From NCBI GenBank assembly GCA_031835245.2, contig JAVKOQ020000009.1, forward strand, positions 248,001-312,000: a DNA stretch of 64,000 bases. The letters run 5' to 3'. The notes under the pieces are model-generated. The model did not search any database and was not told the origin of the DNA. It worked only from the letters and a program-made list of their open reading frames with translations. This stretch comes from Balamuthia mandrillaris (Eukaryota). Below are positions 60,287-64,000 of this stretch, piece after piece. Within the stretch, counting starts at the first letter, position 1. The number at the start of each line of letters is the position of its first letter. Position numbers and translations under genes: made by a program.

Positions 60287-61844
60287 CATGTTCCTCTCTT
60301 CTCTTCTCGCTTGGCTCTTTCGTCCCTCTCACCCTCAATGTTTTTTTTCTTTCCTCTCTTCTTTTTGTTTTTTTCTCTGACCCTTTTTGCTCTCGTTATG
60401 CCAGGTCAACTCAAATGGATGGTTGGAACCTAGGGCAGTTGAAGACCATGCAAGCTGGAGGCAACGGACGAGCCAGGGCCTTCTTCCGAAACCACGGCAT
60501 CGAGACAGTGAAGAGAGAGGACATTGACTCCAAATACAAGTCCAGAGCAGCGGAACTCTATCGTGACCAACTCAAGTCGGAGGTCTTTGGCACGCCCAAA
60601 CGAACGTGCGCTTCCACTTCCTTCTTCGCGTTTTTTTTTTGTTTTTCGCTTCAGTTTCATCTGATATTTTATCTTGTGAAGGTCCACGTTCGCAAAGAGA
60701 GACAGCTCAACACAGTCATCAAACGAACAAGATAGCTTCGACGTGGCCCCATTGAAAAACAGTCTTTTGGCCTCCTCCAATGACCAAAAGGAAAAGCAAA
60801 AGGAGGTTGTCGTAGAAGCCGTAGTGCCCTCTCGAAAGCCCCACCCGGCCTCCGTGCTCTCCTCTCGTCGCACAGCAGAGCAAACACCCAGCTCTAAGTT
60901 TGGCACCAAGAAGGTGGACACCTCCTTTGACTTTGATAGCTTTGATGATTGGGGCAACGATGCCTCGGAGGATGAGGACAAGGAGGACACTCCGCCCGTC
61001 AACGTAGAGGAGGAGCGACGCCAGGCTAGAAGCCACAATGCCAGCGGATTTTCAAGCCGTTTTGATTATGTGGAAGAAGACCAGCCCCTCTATAAACAGC
61101 AACAACCAAAAGTTGAAGAAGCGCCCACGTACGTCCATTTTTGTGTTCGACTATTTCGTCTTTCATCTTTTGCTTCTTGTTTTTACTTGTTTTTATTCTT
61201 CTCCCTCCCTTCCTCCCTTCCCTTCTCCTTCTTGTTATACTAATTGTCTGTGCCAACACAGGTACAAGCGCTCAGCGAGTCCCCCTTCTCGTTCCTTTGG
61301 AGCTAGTGCTAGCAGAGGAGGATACGCCTCTTCCAGGTCCGCAGCGGCTCCCTCCTCACAAGAGGCCACCTACGCCAGAGACAGATTCAGCAACGCGAAG
61401 TCCATCAGCTCTTCCCAGTTCTTTGGCGATGAGAAGAACGAGGAGGATGAAAGAGAGAGGAACGAGCGGATGTCGCGCTTCCAAGGAGCTCAATCAATCT
61501 CCAGCGCTGCCTACTTTGGACGAAATGAGGAAGAAGGTTTGGCTGATTTTCATATTTATCTTTTTTTCCCTTGCTTATCTCTTTTTTTTCGATCAAAATA
61601 AGAGTTTGGAGGAAACGATTTCGCCTCGAAGCTAGGCTCCGCTGACTTTGATGCCATCAAGGACGCTGCCATTCAAGCCACACAAAAGGTTTCTTTCTCT
61701 TTCTATTTGCGTCCTTCTTTGCTATTCTGTCTCCCTTTCCTTTTCTTGTGACAGTTTTTGTCTTATTTTCTAACTAAACACATAAAACAGTTGAGCTCTC
61801 TCACAAGCGAGTTTTTCAGTGCTTTGGAGAACTATGGCTCTTAA
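59854..61844 (+). CDS. ArfGAP2/3 (Glo3-type) ARF GTPase-activating protein, multi-exon
   Basis: [12 protein letters not shown]...[22 protein letters not shown] zinc finger; GGNGRA; duplicated Glo3 motif SISSSQFFG / SISSAAYFG. Confidence 0.92.
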
Positions 61845-62018
61845 ACTTCCTTGATCTTTTATTTACCTTTTTTTTAACTGTTACTTATTAAAAATTGCTT
61901 TGCAACTGCCTCCGATTCTCGTCTCTTGAAGCCGAGGGAGAGTGTTCTGTTGCTTGGGCGTGCCCGCAAGGCGTATCATTTTTCTTCCAGAATTTGGTTT
62001 GTTGTTTGCGTTCTTATT

Positions 62019-63056
62019 TCAAACCGGTATTCTGGGTTTCTTTCGTTTGGGTGGTTGCGATGGATCTGCTGGCTCTCGTTCTTTCGCTTCGTCTTTCTCT
62101 TTTTCTTTGCGTTGTTGTCGCTGGTCATCAATGAGCTCTCTCTTAAGTTTCCTTCGTTCATTCTCTTCCTCTTTTTCTTCCGCAAGGGCACACGACATAG
62201 ACCACATTTGGGTAGGCGAGGAGTATTCGTTTTCATTCGTTGGAGCTGAAGAGGTTATTGCCGCTTTTGGAACCACATTCATAACGCTTTCTTCTTCTTC
62301 TTTTTCTTCTTCTTCTTCTTCTTCTTCTTCTTCTTCTTCTTCTTCTTCTCGTGGAGAAGGAGCAACAACTGAAGGAGGAAGATAACAAAGCAAGACCCGT
62401 TGTACATTCCACGATGATGGCGACGATGGTGATGACAATTCAACGTCCGTTGATTGTTCAGAAGAAGTAGAAATAGGGTGAAGGACAAGGAGAGCATGAT
62501 TAAAGATAGGGTGTATCTCTCCTGTTCTAGTCTCCTTGAGAGCAACCAACACGACTCTATTCTTTGCGTTGTCGTTCGTTATTGAGGCGGAGGAAGAAGA
62601 AGGTTTTGTCTGATTTGTAAGAGAGAAGGGCCGAAGTTGAGAAAAGAGCTCATAGTCGTCGTCATAGTCGCTATCGTTGTTCTCTAGAAGAAGAGCAGAT
62701 GGTGACGATTTGAGTCTTGGAGGTTTGTTCAAAGCTCCGCTGTATTCCCTTTGTTTGACGCTAAGAACGAACTCTCCTTCTTCTGGGCAAGATACTTGCT
62801 TTTATTGTTAATACATAGTGAGTTGGTATGTTTTCGAATAAAGTGAGAAGAGAAAGAATAGAGGAACATAAAGATAGGTTGAAGAGAGGAGAGACGAACG
62901 CATATGGGATCTATGGAGGAAAGACAAAGGCGCCAGTAACGCGGTTTGCCACTTTGCGCAATGCTTGTGACGGAGTAATTGTCCAGGCGAGGTGGTTCCA
63001 CTATAGCTTTGCTATTTCAAAAGGTCAGCAAAACAGACAGAAAATGAGAAAGAAAC

Positions 63057-63117
<61 letters not shown>

Positions 63118-63200
63118 CAGAGCAGAGACAGAGACAGAGCAGAGCAGAGCAGAGCAGAGCAGAGCAGAGACAGAGCAGAGCAGAGCAGAGCAGAGACAGA

Positions 63201-63240
<40 letters not shown>

Positions 63241-63762
63241 CAGAGCAGAGCAGAGCAGAGACAGAGCAGAGCAGAGCAGAGAGAGAGCAGAGCAGACAGA
63301 GCAGAGAAAGAGGCAAGAGAGACAGAGAGACAGAGAGAGAAACAGCACGAACACAGAAGCAGAGAGGAGGAAGAGAAAGAAGGGCGTTACTTTCTCGTTA
63401 GGGAAGAAGGGATGCCTCTGAAGCAAACGTTCACGAAACGTACGACGTCAGCACGTTTGCGCCTGCTCTGCGTTACTTGTTGGCTTTCAGCAAGTTTGTG
63501 CTCCAGAAAATCGTGGGGCAGTATTTTAGGATGCGCTGTAAGGGAGAACTGGTCCAGTTTGCCTTGAAGCAGAAGAGGGTGAGCAAACAAACACAGAAAG
63601 AGAGAGAGAGAAAACAGTGATGAGATCTTGCTATAACGAATCAATAACAAGTGAACGAAAACAATTTGCTTGCATTCATTGGTACAAACCTTGGTTCAGA
63701 GACTGTTGCTCCAAAGCACTCCTACTCTCATGGATGTCCATGGCGGGCCCTCCCTCTTCCAT
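62019..63762 (-). CDS. Hypothetical multi-exon protein
   Basis: Several minus-strand open segments separated by CT-rich intron-like tracts. No family recognised; the start is uncertain. Confidence 0.4.
63060..63340. repeat. (GA)n/(GAGCA)n compound microsatellite
   Basis: Visible tandem repeats. Confidence 0.85.
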
Positions 63763-64000
63763 CCTTTGGCTGCGCTCTTTCTTCTGATGTTTGCCAGTTC
63801 TTCATGTAATTTCGATAAAATTTCCACAACCACCCAATCAGCACCTGCCACGTCGCCTGATCGAGTTTTTCGCAGATCAAGCCGCCCAAAAGAAGAGGAG
63901 GAGGAGCAAACATGGAGAGGAAAGCTTCCCTGGAAGAAATAAGAAGGATATTCTCTGAGCTCAAAAAGGAGGAGGAAAATAAGGTCTGGTGCAACACTCT

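Noticed and set aside
63943..63950. Minus-strand ATATCCTT as a second U12 donor
   Set aside because: No matching branch site or AC acceptor and no conserved frame to test; close to the window edge.
1..64000. CRISPR arrays, rRNA genes, autonomous transposons or prophage
   Set aside because: No repeat-spacer arrays, rRNA-length matches, or transposase/RT/integrase ORFs seen. The rRNA-like 12-13-mers at 29206-29258 are snoRNA guides.

Overview
Gene-dense, intron-rich eukaryotic nuclear DNA. It is most likely a free-living amoebozoan (inference from a close Dictyostelium LrrA-like gene, short GT-AG introns filled with CT-rich microsatellites and very short intergenic spacers; a Balamuthia/Acanthamoeba-type amoeba is plausible but unproven). 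About 27 protein genes are supported: GET3/ASNA1, INTS7, a DM9 protein, five F-box/SPRY genes plus a relic, archaemetzincin, CDK7, SLC35B4, a CTLH/CRA-UBA protein, an ARF GTPase, ADAT2, an EGF/DUF5011 membrane protein, a G8 protein, LrrA, a tandem-V4R protein, PAH, a UBAC2-like protein, PIGV, an M1AP-like protein, VPS29, SmG, ArfGAP2/3 and some hypotheticals. There is also a tRNA-Gly(GCC). The standout is an intronless, bacterial-type beta-class amino-DNA methyltransferase (SPPY motif, resembling the SmaI/Cfr9I N4-cytosine family) at 17299-18228. It has no cognate endonuclease nearby and carries a eukaryote-like N-terminal tail with an NLS-like and a PIP-box-like motif, making it a candidate horizontally acquired 4mC system. 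Also found by reading the sequence: an intronic double-guide C/D snoRNA, an AT-AC U12-type intron in ADAT2, a split V4R domain, a candidate structured ncRNA and a recurrent TGTCGACA promoter motif. All family assignments come from recalled motifs, not database searches. Multi-exon gene spans run from start codon to stop codon, with manually inferred introns.
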